A stretch of DNA of 64,000 bases, from the IMG/VR virus record IMGVR_UViG_3300034104_003795, positions 26,370 through 90,369 of that record; one strand, written 5' to 3'. Source of the stretch: a virus. The position numbers and the translations under genes were made by a program. Shown one piece after another: positions 36,456 through 46,268 of this stretch. Position 1 is the stretch's first letter. The number at the start of each line of letters is the position of its first letter. The notes beneath the pieces are model-generated. The model saw nothing but the letters and a program-made list of their open reading frames with translations, had not been told where the DNA came from and searched no databases.

Positions 36456-36926
36456 TTATACCATTGGAAAACCAGCAGCTGAATTTGTTGTTGAGTTTTT
36501 CCAAGATGGATTAGCTGCAAGAGCATCAATTGATGAACCCATAGGGGCTTTTATTGTTGGGGCCCAACCTTTTGAATGGGTACTAAAATGTTTACTGAAT
36601 TGTGATGCTAAACCTCTACCTCTAATTTGTTGTGTAGGTTGTCCGATACTATCCCAAGCACTTTCCCACTTAACAGGTAAGATACCATCCCTAACAGTAA
36701 TTTCACAAATCGCTGTAGGTTTGAAATTAACAATATCTTTTCTATCTACTTTACGGAAAATGTTTTGGCGATTTTCTCTATCAACTTCTATAAAAGTAAT
36801 TGAACGAGCTTTTACACTACATACTTTTAATTCTTTTGTTCCGGTTTTACCATTAAGGGAAACGTGAACTTTACATACCAATCCCTTAATAAAGGAATCC
36901 GGCAACTGAATAGGTAATTGTTTCAT
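36456..36926 (-). CDS. hypothetical protein (156 aa)
   Basis: ORF; promoter-like motif 36949-36980 upstream. Confidence 0.45.
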   Translation of the reverse strand: MKQLPIQLPDSFIKGLVCKVHVSLNGKTGTKELKVCSVKARSITFIEVDRENRQNIFRKVDRKDIVNFKPTAICEITVRDGILPVKWESAWDSIGQPTQQIRGRGLASQFSKHFSTHSKGWAPTIKAPMGSSIDALAANPSWKNSTTNSAAGFPMV

Positions 36927-37138
36927 ATCTTTAAATTTTTAATACAACGTAAAGATACGAAAAAAGCCTGAAACGGCCAAATTTATTTTGAAGTTTTTTT
37001 GGGGAATTAGGGTAATTTAAGGTGATAAAACGTACAGAAACACCCCAAATTTCCCCTAAAATACACAAGTAAGGTGAATATACCACCCACCATATTAGGC
37101 CAGTTTATATGTATAACTCATTGAGAACCAATAAGTTA

Positions 37139-37164
37139 TAAGTCATTGATTATCAATCAGTTAT
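37139..37164. promoter_or_regulatory. TAAGTCATTGATTATCAATCAGTTAT palindromic motif
   Basis: member of recurrent TTGATNATCAA motif family; overlaps 3' end of 37153-38112 gene. Confidence 0.45.
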
Positions 37165-38112
37165 GATGGCATGTATTTTTTGATTCAGGTCTATAAATTT
37201 ATTAGTTATATCCTGACAAATACCATTGTTATAATTTTCGGAATTTTGAATAGGAATTATTTTTGATAAAAATCCAGAAGGTCTCAAATAATCAACTTTA
37301 TCACGTATTCTAAAATTTTCCTGATACATAGTTTGTCCGTTTACTTCTTTATTATAATCGGAAACTCTACCTTGATTATGCGTTCTTACAAAACACAAAA
37401 TCTTTTTTATTGAATTATGTCCCAATCCTAAATAATCTAAACTTCCCAAAAATTCAAGATCATCAACAAAAAAAGATGTTAGATTTATTTTATCTTTAAC
37501 TCTTTTTACCGAAGAAGTTCTCATTGAATATGAATGATAAATTGATAATTGATTTGCTTTTGCCGCATGAATTATTGAAGTATAATGTTGCGGGGTTTCA
37601 AAGTAATTATCTATAAATTGCCACGGATTTGTCCACGGACTATTGTTTGGAATAGTATAACCTGCCCACATAGCTCTTGTTTTTTCGTGCTCAAATGGAT
37701 TTTTGGTTTCAACTAATGATGTTAGTTTATTATCATTAAAAAATATAGATGAACCATATGTAAAATCTAATTCACTATTAGTAGTATAAACATCTACTAA
37801 AAATTTCAAAGAATCATTTAATAGAATATCATCATCATCTAATCTAATCATTATTTCTCCCAATGAAAGTTCTGGTGATAGAATCCAGCTATTTTGAAAT
37901 AAATCATAACTAGATTTAGTACTCATATACAAAACTCTCTTATCAGAATTTCTTTGCTTAAACCATTTATAAATTGAAAAATTAATATCAGATGCAGAAT
38001 CATCAAACATTAATACTTCCCAATCAGTATGTGATTGTAATTCAATTGACGCCAATGCCTCTTTTAAAAACTCTGGTCTATTGCATGTTCGTACTACTAC
38101 GGTTACTTTCAT
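37153..38112 (-). CDS. family-2 glycosyltransferase
   Basis: 'MKVTVVVRTCNRPEFLKEALASIELQSHTDWEVLMFDDSASD' GT2 N-terminal Rossmann signature with DDS (DxD-like). Confidence 0.6.
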   Translation of the reverse strand: MKVTVVVRTCNRPEFLKEALASIELQSHTDWEVLMFDDSASDINFSIYKWFKQRNSDKRVLYMSTKSSYDLFQNSWILSPELSLGEIMIRLDDDDILLNDSLKFLVDVYTTNSELDFTYGSSIFFNDNKLTSLVETKNPFEHEKTRAMWAGYTIPNNSPWTNPWQFIDNYFETPQHYTSIIHAAKANQLSIYHSYSMRTSSVKRVKDKINLTSFFVDDLEFLGSLDYLGLGHNSIKKILCFVRTHNQGRVSDYNKEVNGQTMYQENFRIRDKVDYLRPSGFLSKIIPIQNSENYNNGICQDITNKFIDLNQKIHAIITD

Positions 38113-38113
38113 A

Positions 38114-38419
38114 TTAAATATTTACATTAGCTTTCCAAAACTGCCACCATTTTTTCTTTGGCGGTGGTACACATTGTGAGAACGGATTATCTCCAAATGA
38201 AACCGTATCCAAGTATTTAGCACTCATCATATTCAAGAATACCTCTTGATATTTTTCAGGAATATTATCAAAGTCAGCTTCAATTTTTACATCTAAACTA
38301 ATAGCACCATCACCAATTGTAGTTAATTTTAAGTTATTGTGAATAGTTACTACTTTGGCGGCTTTTACATTTATATTAGCACCACCACCTAAATATAATT
38401 CACGTTCTTTCTTTGTCAT
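38114..38419 (-). CDS. hypothetical protein, paralog of 25928-26236
   Basis: shared EADFxNIP core. Confidence 0.5.
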   Translation of the reverse strand: MTKKERELYLGGGANINVKAAKVVTIHNNLKLTTIGDGAISLDVKIEADFDNIPEKYQEVFLNMMSAKYLDTVSFGDNPFSQCVPPPKKKWWQFWKANVNI

Positions 38420-38420
38420 A

Positions 38421-38825
38421 TTAATCTATTTTTATAACTCTAGTAACACGTCCGGTTACCATTTTCATTTTCTTTTGTGAAGCCGGTGGTTCACCTATGC
38501 CGTTAGCCATCCAGCTTTTTATTTCCATCTCACCCAAATAATCGGATACGTTTGGAATATATTTTTTACCAAAATCTTCTAATATATGCCACTCACATAT
38601 ATCTTTTACCGAAACTAATTTACCATCTGAATTATGGATATACTCGCCAAAAATTGGTATCATAACTTCGAAGATAAAAAACATATTATGTGTCAATGCA
38701 CGATGTCTATTATCGGAAAAGTATTTTTTACTACTATCCATTTTGTTATGAAGTGGTAAGTAATCTTCTACCTTGCCACCCCATAACTTAACGGATGATT
38801 GAGAATGTTTTAAGGGATTTGCCAC
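38421..38825 (-). CDS. hypothetical protein (134 aa)
   Basis: ORF only. Confidence 0.45.
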   Translation of the reverse strand: MANPLKHSQSSVKLWGGKVEDYLPLHNKMDSSKKYFSDNRHRALTHNMFFIFEVMIPIFGEYIHNSDGKLVSVKDICEWHILEDFGKKYIPNVSDYLGEMEIKSWMANGIGEPPASQKKMKMVTGRVTRVIKID

Positions 38826-38831
38826 TTTAAA

Positions 38832-39212
38832 TTAGTTTTGAGTTTCTACAATATCGTCATCTTCATCTTCTTCCAACTCACCATAGTAATCATCGGATAC
38901 AGTTGTTTCACAAGTCAACTCACCATCTTCATAACGAATACGGCCTGTTGTACCGGCATTATTGAAATTATACACCACACCGGTTGCATCAATAATTTCA
39001 AATAAGAAATCAATATCATCGCCTTCACTCATATCCCAATCACCTTTTACCTCTGACCACTTTCCGTCTTTATAATCGGATACGTGAATTGAATGAAATG
39101 AATCAAAGTTATCACCACCACCACAAAACTCAATTTCAACTTCCGAAGTTTCTGAATTGAAATCAGGATAATACTCTTTAATTTTAGCTAAAAATTGTTT
39201 TTTAAGTCCCAT
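38832..39212 (-). CDS. acidic hypothetical protein (126 aa)
   Basis: Asp/Glu-rich C-terminus. Confidence 0.45.
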   Translation of the reverse strand: MGLKKQFLAKIKEYYPDFNSETSEVEIEFCGGGDNFDSFHSIHVSDYKDGKWSEVKGDWDMSEGDDIDFLFEIIDATGVVYNFNNAGTTGRIRYEDGELTCETTVSDDYYGELEEDEDDDIVETQN

Positions 39213-39229
39213 AACATTTGTTTTTGTTT

Positions 39230-39667
39230 TTATAAATTGTTTTCTTCTATTTTATTTTCTACTCTTATTCTTATACAGGTTTGAGGTAACTTACAACTCA
39301 TTAAATAATTGTTTACATACCCCATTATATTAGCTGAACCAATTGGGTTAGCCGAATGTACATAGATTTGTGGTAAAGGTATATTTTTAGTCATACTTTC
39401 AGCCACCAACCATTTAGCACAATCATATCCAGTTTTTTCATTTACTATATTATCGTAATTCAATTTGTAATTTGGAAGTGCATTGTTATAAAATTCATCT
39501 GTAGCTTGTTCACCTAAATCGTGGTCTAATGAAATCACTTCATAATTTTCTAAACCATTCAATCTAATATGTGCTACAAAGTCATCATAACTTCTGACAA
39601 TTGTCCAATCTTCTGCAATTGGAGTTCTAATATCATCCAAATACAATCTTATTTTTTGTTTTTTCAT
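39230..39667 (-). CDS. hypothetical protein (145 aa)
   Basis: ORF only. Confidence 0.45.
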   Translation of the reverse strand: MKKQKIRLYLDDIRTPIAEDWTIVRSYDDFVAHIRLNGLENYEVISLDHDLGEQATDEFYNNALPNYKLNYDNIVNEKTGYDCAKWLVAESMTKNIPLPQIYVHSANPIGSANIMGYVNNYLMSCKLPQTCIRIRVENKIEENNL

Positions 39668-39671
39668 AACT

Positions 39672-40433
39672 CTACATTAAAAATTCAATCTCACCAGTTT
39701 CAAAATTATAATTGAAGCTAATCGGATTATTTTCAGCCTCATATCTTAAATTGCAACTACATCCATTAAAAGTATGCAAATCATGCCACTTAGTCAATCC
39801 CATAGTTTTCCAACCATATGCCTCATGTATATGTCCCGCAAAATGTAAGTGTGGTTGCACTTCTCTTAATCGGTGATATAAATCTGAACATCCTACATTT
39901 TGATTCGTATTAGATGCCCTATCATTGTATCCGTATATTGGAGTATGTGTAATAACAATATCGGTATCCATTGGTATTTCATTCCAACATTGTGTTATAT
40001 CATGCCCCCTATCTTTATTAAATGCCCACCCATATCCAAAAGACGGTGAATGTGGTGAACCCCAAATGTTAATACCTTCTAACTTAATAGAACTATTCTC
40101 TAAATAATAAACGTTATCGGGTAAATTATCTAATAACTCAATTAACCAATCGGGTTTACCTTCACTACCCGGCGTATCAAATACCCTTCTCTCAAAGTAT
40201 GCAGATTTTTCTTCGTACATTCGTTCACTTTGAAATGTAAGGTCGTGGTTACCAGCTATAAACACTTTGTGTGTATAATCCTGCTTATCAAACCATTCAA
40301 TAAACTTTTCCACTTCGTGCTTTCTACCAATAGACGTGAAATCGCCTGAATGGATTAATAGTTGTCCACCAGGCAATTTACCATTAAGTTGATTATGCTT
40401 ATTGTGTGTATCCGAAATGTGCGTAATTCTCAT
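39672..40433 (-). CDS. calcineurin-like metallophosphoesterase
   Basis: motifs 'ISDTH', 'GDFT', 'GNHD', 'GHIH'. Confidence 0.75.
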   Translation of the reverse strand: MRITHISDTHNKHNQLNGKLPGGQLLIHSGDFTSIGRKHEVEKFIEWFDKQDYTHKVFIAGNHDLTFQSERMYEEKSAYFERRVFDTPGSEGKPDWLIELLDNLPDNVYYLENSSIKLEGINIWGSPHSPSFGYGWAFNKDRGHDITQCWNEIPMDTDIVITHTPIYGYNDRASNTNQNVGCSDLYHRLREVQPHLHFAGHIHEAYGWKTMGLTKWHDLHTFNGCSCNLRYEAENNPISFNYNFETGEIEFLM

Positions 40434-40609
40434 AACATATTAGTTGTAACAAAGATACGAAATTAATTTTAATTTTCAAAATCTTTTATTTTATCGGGCC
40501 ATTTATCCCTCATATATTGTACATATCGGTCTTGTTGCATTCCGTTATAGAACATCCAAGCAAAGTAGTAATCAAACCACCATTCTAATTTTCGTAACAT
40601 TTTTTCTAA

Positions 40610-40873
40610 TTAAAAGTAAATAGTTGCTTCATTGTTTTCATTAATAGAAACTTCAACCGTATGCTTTAACACATTAAGTATGTACAAAATTTCAGGTTGG
40701 TCTAAAACTGCATCAACTAATGAAACTTGTCTTATATTAGCTCCTTCATTTTCGCTTACATACTTAATTTCAGAAAATTGAACACACTTTAAGTTTTCAG
40801 TAATTTGAAGAACTGCGTGTTCTGGTTGTCCTGCCAAGCCGATATTTACTATTCTTGCTGTTTGTTTTTCCAT
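40610..40873 (-). CDS. hypothetical protein (87 aa)
   Basis: ORF only. Confidence 0.4.
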   Translation of the reverse strand: MEKQTARIVNIGLAGQPEHAVLQITENLKCVQFSEIKYVSENEGANIRQVSLVDAVLDQPEILYILNVLKHTVEVSINENNEATIYF

Positions 40874-40895
40874 AGTTTTTATTTTTATATAAGTA

Positions 40896-41309
40896 TTAAT
40901 TTAAACAAATATTTTTAAGGATATCTTCACCATCCTTAATTCTTTTTACTTTCTCATTTAGTTTATCAACCAATACTCTAGCTTCTTTTACACTTTCCAT
41001 TAATTGTGCACGATAGTTTTCAACACCCTTCTTTTCCTCAATTTCTAAACAAAATCTATCAATAGAATTGTTGATAAGATTTGCAAGTGGTTCATCATCA
41101 CCATCTATAAAACTAACTTCCATCATATTGAGTAAAGATGCACACATAGCAGATTTGATACTTCCACTAACACCTTTTTCACTATCCAATACATTACATA
41201 ATAGAATAATCAAAGCAAATCTTTGCTCGTTTATTCTCATATTTTTTTCACCTGCGGTTAATTTCTTTTTTCTCATTTTAAAAGTTTTGTGAGCTGAATT
41301 AAATACCAT
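40896..41309 (-). CDS. hypothetical protein (137 aa)
   Basis: ORF only. Confidence 0.45.
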   Translation of the reverse strand: MVFNSAHKTFKMRKKKLTAGEKNMRINEQRFALIILLCNVLDSEKGVSGSIKSAMCASLLNMMEVSFIDGDDEPLANLINNSIDRFCLEIEEKKGVENYRAQLMESVKEARVLVDKLNEKVKRIKDGEDILKNICLN

Positions 41310-41466
41310 TTTGGTACTTCAAATTGAGCTCTAATAAATAGTACTAATTGAAATGATGTCTTATATCTAAGCTCATCATCCGTTTCTTCCATTTTCCTAT
41401 TAACATGTCTAACAATAGGAAAGCTTAGAAGAATCCATACTAATAAAATTGTTAATCCATCCATAC

Positions 41467-42186
41467 CTATAAATATCTACTGAATACCTTTCGGTACTCT
41501 TTATTCAATTGTTTACAAAGTTTTTTACTCACACCCTTACTAAATTTAGCGTAGTCCCATCCCCAACTTAAATATGCTTGAATCTCATCATCAATCACAC
41601 TTTCAGTATATCCCATATCCAATAAATTTTGACGGAATTTCGTATAATCTTTCAAAGGAATTGTTTGAGTAATTTCATTCATTAACTCCTTATACTCTTT
41701 GTTAGTGTAATACAAACCATGTGCAACTTCGTGCTGAAATGTATCACCTTCCATATCCTTAGCTCCGATAATATAAGCGTTCCAGTTACGAGTATTCTTT
41801 TTATTGAACATCTTTAATTCAATAGTACCTACAATATCGCTCATCGTTTCATCCCATTTACTTTTCCAAGTATCAGGCATTGAACGAACACCATTGTAAC
41901 TATTTTTTGGGTTTCGGTTTTCTTTACCTTCATAACATTCCCATGCAGTTTTCAATGGAATATTAAACCCACCCCAATCAAACGCGTAAGTAAAAGCACC
42001 TTTCTTTGTACGGCTATACCATTCAATATAATCCCAAATGTTAAAGTGCTTACCTCTAAAATCAGGGTTAGGTGATTCATAAAACTCTTGAACTCTACAA
42101 AAGGTCATAGCTCTATCATAGGCATCTTCAATAGTTACAGCGAATACTCTATCTCTAACTTCGGTTATTTTATAATCTATTTTCAT
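41467..42186 (-). CDS. putative zinc metallopeptidase-like protein (HExxH)
   Basis: 'FQHEVAHGLYY'. Confidence 0.45.
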   Translation of the reverse strand: MKIDYKITEVRDRVFAVTIEDAYDRAMTFCRVQEFYESPNPDFRGKHFNIWDYIEWYSRTKKGAFTYAFDWGGFNIPLKTAWECYEGKENRNPKNSYNGVRSMPDTWKSKWDETMSDIVGTIELKMFNKKNTRNWNAYIIGAKDMEGDTFQHEVAHGLYYTNKEYKELMNEITQTIPLKDYTKFRQNLLDMGYTESVIDDEIQAYLSWGWDYAKFSKGVSKKLCKQLNKEYRKVFSRYL

Positions 42187-42187
42187 A

Positions 42188-42382
42188 CTATCTATTTTTT
42201 GTTGGTGTCCTAATACTCGTCACCTGAGCTTTACTTACCGTCAATAAATTATCACTATTAAGTACCTTTCCACATTCAATACATTTAAACTTCGCGGTAG
42301 GTAGTTCTTTATCCCAAACCAATTCTTTTGTTAGTGCTCCACATTTACATTGATAAGTGTGATTCTTTAATGTACTTTTCAT
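42188..42382 (-). CDS. zinc-ribbon protein (64 aa)
   Basis: 'CKCGA...CIECGK'. Confidence 0.4.
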   Translation of the reverse strand: MKSTLKNHTYQCKCGALTKELVWDKELPTAKFKCIECGKVLNSDNLLTVSKAQVTSIRTPTKNR

Positions 42383-42568
42383 TTTCTAAAAGTTTACAAT
42401 TCTTCAATGATTCCTAATATCTCAGCCAATCCAAATGTGATTGCTGAATTACCAAATTGTTGATTGAATAGGAAATAACATGCTCCTAATCTTAATACAC
42501 TTTTAAACAGTGAAATGTAAAAGTGACTTTTTGCATTACTTGCTTTTGGCTGTGCCATAATTTTATTT

Positions 42569-42805
42569 TTAACTAATTACAAAATCGTATAAATCTCTTA
42601 CTGAATAAATTCCATCTCTACTACTCATTGTATCAATGTCCGAAAGTCTTTCAACATTACAACCTTCGTTAATCTCATCATAGGTACAATTGATATTACA
42701 ACTACCTTCTACACAATACCAACGTTTGCCGCTGTTTGTTTCATATACAAAAATAGTACCTCTATTTCGGGTACCATAAAATCCATTTACTTCATATAAA
42801 TTCAT
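42569..42805 (-). CDS. hypothetical protein (78 aa)
   Basis: ORF only. Confidence 0.4.
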   Translation of the reverse strand: MNLYEVNGFYGTRNRGTIFVYETNSGKRWYCVEGSCNINCTYDEINEGCNVERLSDIDTMSSRDGIYSVRDLYDFVIS

Positions 42806-42967
42806 AACTTTATTTTTTATTTTACAAATATTTCACATTGACCGTTAAGAGCTAAATTCTTACGAACATACTCTAAATTAGCTTTGGTAGGTTTAAGGTC
42901 AGATTTAGTCCATTTACCTTCCCAATTTTTATACCATATACTTTTCATATCTTATATTTTATTTTAA

Positions 42968-43327
42968 TTAAATTCCTTGCTCTCTACGAAGGTCATATTC
43001 TTCCTTCTCAATTTCGTTATACTCAACTACTTTTAAGTAAGGTTTGAAATCGGTCATATAGTAACCATTAAGGTTAGCCAAACTAATCATCGTATCAATA
43101 AATGATTTACGAACATAGGTCATATCAGATGAACCAAATCCCTGGTCACTCGGCCAATCTTGGTAATCTTCGGCTACATCATTAAGTGCTTCATACACCG
43201 CATCGGCGTAAGTTATAATTCTTTTAGAATATCTTCCCTCAACCGGGAAAGTGTTTCTAACTACATCGAACCCTTCTACCAAAGAAGCGGTTGCTAATAC
43301 TGAATTCAAATTGAAAGGTAAACTCAT
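42968..43327 (-). CDS. hypothetical protein (119 aa)
   Basis: ORF; AACCCCTT box 4 nt upstream. Confidence 0.45.
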   Translation of the reverse strand: MSLPFNLNSVLATASLVEGFDVVRNTFPVEGRYSKRIITYADAVYEALNDVAEDYQDWPSDQGFGSSDMTYVRKSFIDTMISLANLNGYYMTDFKPYLKVVEYNEIEKEEYDLRREQGI

Positions 43328-43342
43328 AATAAGGGGTTTTAA

Positions 43343-43570
43343 TTATTTGTTATTGAATAAATTAGAAATTTGTGTTGGGGTATATCCACATTTGAACACA
43401 TCATTCAAAGTACATACTGTATCGTACTTCAAATTTAACCAACTATCCGAATCACACAAATCATCAATACAATTTTGAATAGCGATTGGATACTTTTGAA
43501 GTTCGGCAAGAAGAACATTAATGTTATCAACATTCATTCGGTTGATAATTGGATTTTGAGAATTCATCAT
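43343..43570 (-). CDS. hypothetical protein (75 aa)
   Basis: ORF only. Confidence 0.4.
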   Translation of the reverse strand: MMNSQNPIINRMNVDNINVLLAELQKYPIAIQNCIDDLCDSDSWLNLKYDTVCTLNDVFKCGYTPTQISNLFNNK

Positions 43571-43653
43571 AATTTTAAATTTTATTACATAGTAAAACTA
43601 CAAAATTACATTGAGACCACCAAATTTTTAGGGTAAAATCTTTAAAAAAAGTT

Positions 43654-43721
43654 CATTGAAAATCAATGACTTATGGGTAATAAAATCAAATATTCGTAAC
43701 TCATTGATAATCAACGGATTA
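43654..43721. promoter_or_regulatory. perfect inverted repeat TCATTGAAAATCAATGA (43654-43670) plus CTCATTGATAATCAACGGATT (43701-43721)
   Basis: recurrent intergenic palindromic motif family. Confidence 0.5.
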
Positions 43722-43822
43722 CATATTAAAGGGTTTCTAGGTAATTTTAGGGGTTATTTTCCAATAAAGGATGTCTAACCCTACCAACACCAAGAAACCC
43801 TTCAGGATTCGTTAAAAATAGG

Positions 43823-44200
43823 TTATTCTACACCATTTTTGGTATTCCAAACATCGTTCAATTTACCCATTATCATACTGGTTAAAACAGGCCCTGCTAA
43901 CCCATCCAACACATATAAAATATCGTTATCTGTGTACTTTAACTTTATACTATCGTTTATGTCATCAATTTCAGATTGAGCATAAAATTCGTTTTCCAAT
44001 TCAGTTTGTTCCTGAATTAATTGTCCAACCACCTCATCGGGTAATTGTTCACTTTGTTGTTTATAATTTTCCATATATTCTACATATTCAAATGCCGAAA
44101 TTTCAAATCGTTCATCCATTTCTTCCGGCGTTAAGTTATTGAGTAACGTTTCTTTTAGTTTTCCCATATTAAATATTTTCTTCCCTATAAATTCTTTCAA
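43823..44200 (-). CDS. acidic hypothetical protein (125 aa)
   Basis: ORF only. Confidence 0.45.
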   Translation of the reverse strand: MKEFIGKKIFNMGKLKETLLNNLTPEEMDERFEISAFEYVEYMENYKQQSEQLPDEVVGQLIQEQTELENEFYAQSEIDDINDSIKLKYTDNDILYVLDGLAGPVLTSMIMGKLNDVWNTKNGVE

Positions 44201-44789
44201 ACTTTTTGGGTAACTTACTATAATCCATTTTAAAGTTAGCCGGCATTGCTGCCACTAAACGTTTGTTGTTATATGGCTGGTTACCTGGTTTACTCCATTT
44301 TCTAGATTGTTTTAACCAATTGTAGAACATCAAATATGCATTAGCTCTCTTAATGTACTTATCGGTATCAATACTCAATCCCCATTCGTTAATCATTCGT
44401 ACACTTCTCATCTCATTATCCCTTTCCAAACCAATAGCAATTTCAAATGCTTTGTTCAATGTTTGAGGTCTTTTGTACTTACCTTCCAACCACTCATCAA
44501 TAACAGGTAATGCTCTACCTGCTTTTTTCCACAAATGAAATCCATCTTGCCATTGTGTAAGGTGACAATATTCGTGAACCAATATTTCCAATCCATCCGG
44601 CTTACCCATTGAAGCTGCCAGTATAGCACCTTTTTCAGGATCCGCCTCATCAAAGTATCCACTACATCTAATTGTAGGTGATAACTTTACATAAGCCACA
44701 TCTTTAATGTGGTTCTTTACACCCAAGCGTTTACACTCATCCTTTACGAACTGAATGAATGCTTTATCATTTTTTGTATAACGTTTCAT
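44169..44789 (-). CDS. putative zinc metallopeptidase-like protein (HExxH)
   Basis: 'LVHEYCHLTQWQDGFHLW'. Confidence 0.45.
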   Translation of the reverse strand: MKRYTKNDKAFIQFVKDECKRLGVKNHIKDVAYVKLSPTIRCSGYFDEADPEKGAILAASMGKPDGLEILVHEYCHLTQWQDGFHLWKKAGRALPVIDEWLEGKYKRPQTLNKAFEIAIGLERDNEMRSVRMINEWGLSIDTDKYIKRANAYLMFYNWLKQSRKWSKPGNQPYNNKRLVAAMPANFKMDYSKLPKKFERIYREENI

Positions 44790-44804
44790 ATTAAGGGGTT
44801 TTTA

Positions 44805-44836
44805 CAAATATACGAAATTATTTTGAATCTACCAAA
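44805..44836 (-). promoter_or_regulatory. Bacteroidetes-type promoter candidate (minus orientation)
   Basis: +strand 'CAAATATAcgaaattattttgaatctaCCAAAT'; TATATTTG box ends 13 nt before ATG 44789. Confidence 0.45.
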
Positions 44837-44837
44837 T

Positions 44838-45257
44838 CTATACTATTTGATTCACAAAAATCGTACTCAATACTTTTATTTTGTTTCTTTTGTTTTGAGC
44901 ATGATTATATGAATAACCATGTCTTTTTCTGAATTCAATAATCAACTTATCAGCTTCTACCGAATATCCATACTTTCTTAAAGTTAGAATTGCCCAACTA
45001 TCAGCTTCAGCTTCATCATTTGGACCTTTAATACCCGTATGATTGAATACTATATGCCCAACTTCATGTGCCTCTACTATCTTTTGTGTTGAAGCAGATT
45101 GGTCACCATCAATGAATATCAACTTTTGGTCAGGTGCTACAAACCCATAACCATACTCATTGAATAGTGGTGCGAGTTGTTGATATTGATAATCACCCTT
45201 ATCAACAACCGCTACAATCACTCCTTTATGAAATTCACTTTCAAATACTTTTCCCAT
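44838..45257 (-). CDS. ImmA/IrrE-like (peptidase M78-type) HExxH metallopeptidase domain protein
   Basis: 'VEAHEVGHIVFNH'. Confidence 0.5.
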   Translation of the reverse strand: MGKVFESEFHKGVIVAVVDKGDYQYQQLAPLFNEYGYGFVAPDQKLIFIDGDQSASTQKIVEAHEVGHIVFNHTGIKGPNDEAEADSWAILTLRKYGYSVEADKLIIEFRKRHGYSYNHAQNKRNKIKVLSTIFVNQIV

Positions 45258-45260
45258 AAC

Positions 45261-45752
45261 TTACCAAATTTCAAATCCACCACATCCTCTCAAGAACGTA
45301 ACGAACTCTTTTATTCTACCTAATGATGTACTATGTGCCGATTCTACTACCATACCATCTTTAGTTACAACCGAACTAAAAAGGATACTACCATACTCAT
45401 ACTGCTGATTTAATTCGGTTTCCTTTTCAGAACCAATAAATTTACCAGTACCGGCTTCGCACCAAGCACCCAATACTATTTGAATACGGTCATCATTATC
45501 AACCATATATTCATTGTAAGTGGCACTATTAGATATAAGTAGTTCAATAGCATCTGCCAACTTATCACATTGCTTTTGTGTTCTCAATCCTTTACCATCG
45601 TTTGAACCCCAATAAGAGAAATCAATCTTTAACTTTGATTGTTCAGCTGCTAATTGGCAAATGTAATTGATAGGTCTCCAACCCCACCAATTAGCCCTAA
45701 AATAATCACCTTCGTTTGTTGTAGGCTTTCTGCCTGAAATATCAACTCCCAT
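45261..45752 (-). CDS. hypothetical protein (163 aa)
   Basis: ORF only. Confidence 0.45.
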   Translation of the reverse strand: MGVDISGRKPTTNEGDYFRANWWGWRPINYICQLAAEQSKLKIDFSYWGSNDGKGLRTQKQCDKLADAIELLISNSATYNEYMVDNDDRIQIVLGAWCEAGTGKFIGSEKETELNQQYEYGSILFSSVVTKDGMVVESAHSTSLGRIKEFVTFLRGCGGFEIW

Positions 45753-45771
45753 AACTTATAATTTAATTTGT

Positions 45772-46230
45772 TTACCAACTTGCCCTATATGCGAAATCGT
45801 CAGCCGATTCATCACTAAGCGCTTCTTCTAAAATTTCAATTGTGTTATCAATATCTTGGTAGTAATACTCATCGTATCCAGTACTACCAAAAAAGAAACC
45901 GCTTTGTGTAGGTAACAATTGTTCAGCTTTTCTTTTATCAATCTTTACAATCCTACATATCCCAAGCAATTCTTCTAACTTCTCTCTACTCACATAAGAT
46001 TCTTGACACTCATCTTTACCATCCTGCACATTGTCAACAAACCAATTGTGAATTTGATTAGCTTTTCTCCAATAACCAACTTCCTCAACTACATACTTAA
46101 CCCTATTAGGTTTAATTGTGGTATCTACATCACCACCTTTCTTTACAAGAACTTCTTGCTTAATTTCCGGCTTTACCCATTCACCTTGCCAAATGTAATT
46201 CTTTTTGTACAAATACATGTCTAATCCCAT
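45772..46230 (-). CDS. hypothetical protein (152 aa)
   Basis: ORF only. Confidence 0.45.
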   Translation of the reverse strand: MGLDMYLYKKNYIWQGEWVKPEIKQEVLVKKGGDVDTTIKPNRVKYVVEEVGYWRKANQIHNWFVDNVQDGKDECQESYVSREKLEELLGICRIVKIDKRKAEQLLPTQSGFFFGSTGYDEYYYQDIDNTIEILEEALSDESADDFAYRASW

Positions 46231-46268
46231 AACTTTAATTTTTATTTTTGTTTATTAATAATTTATTT

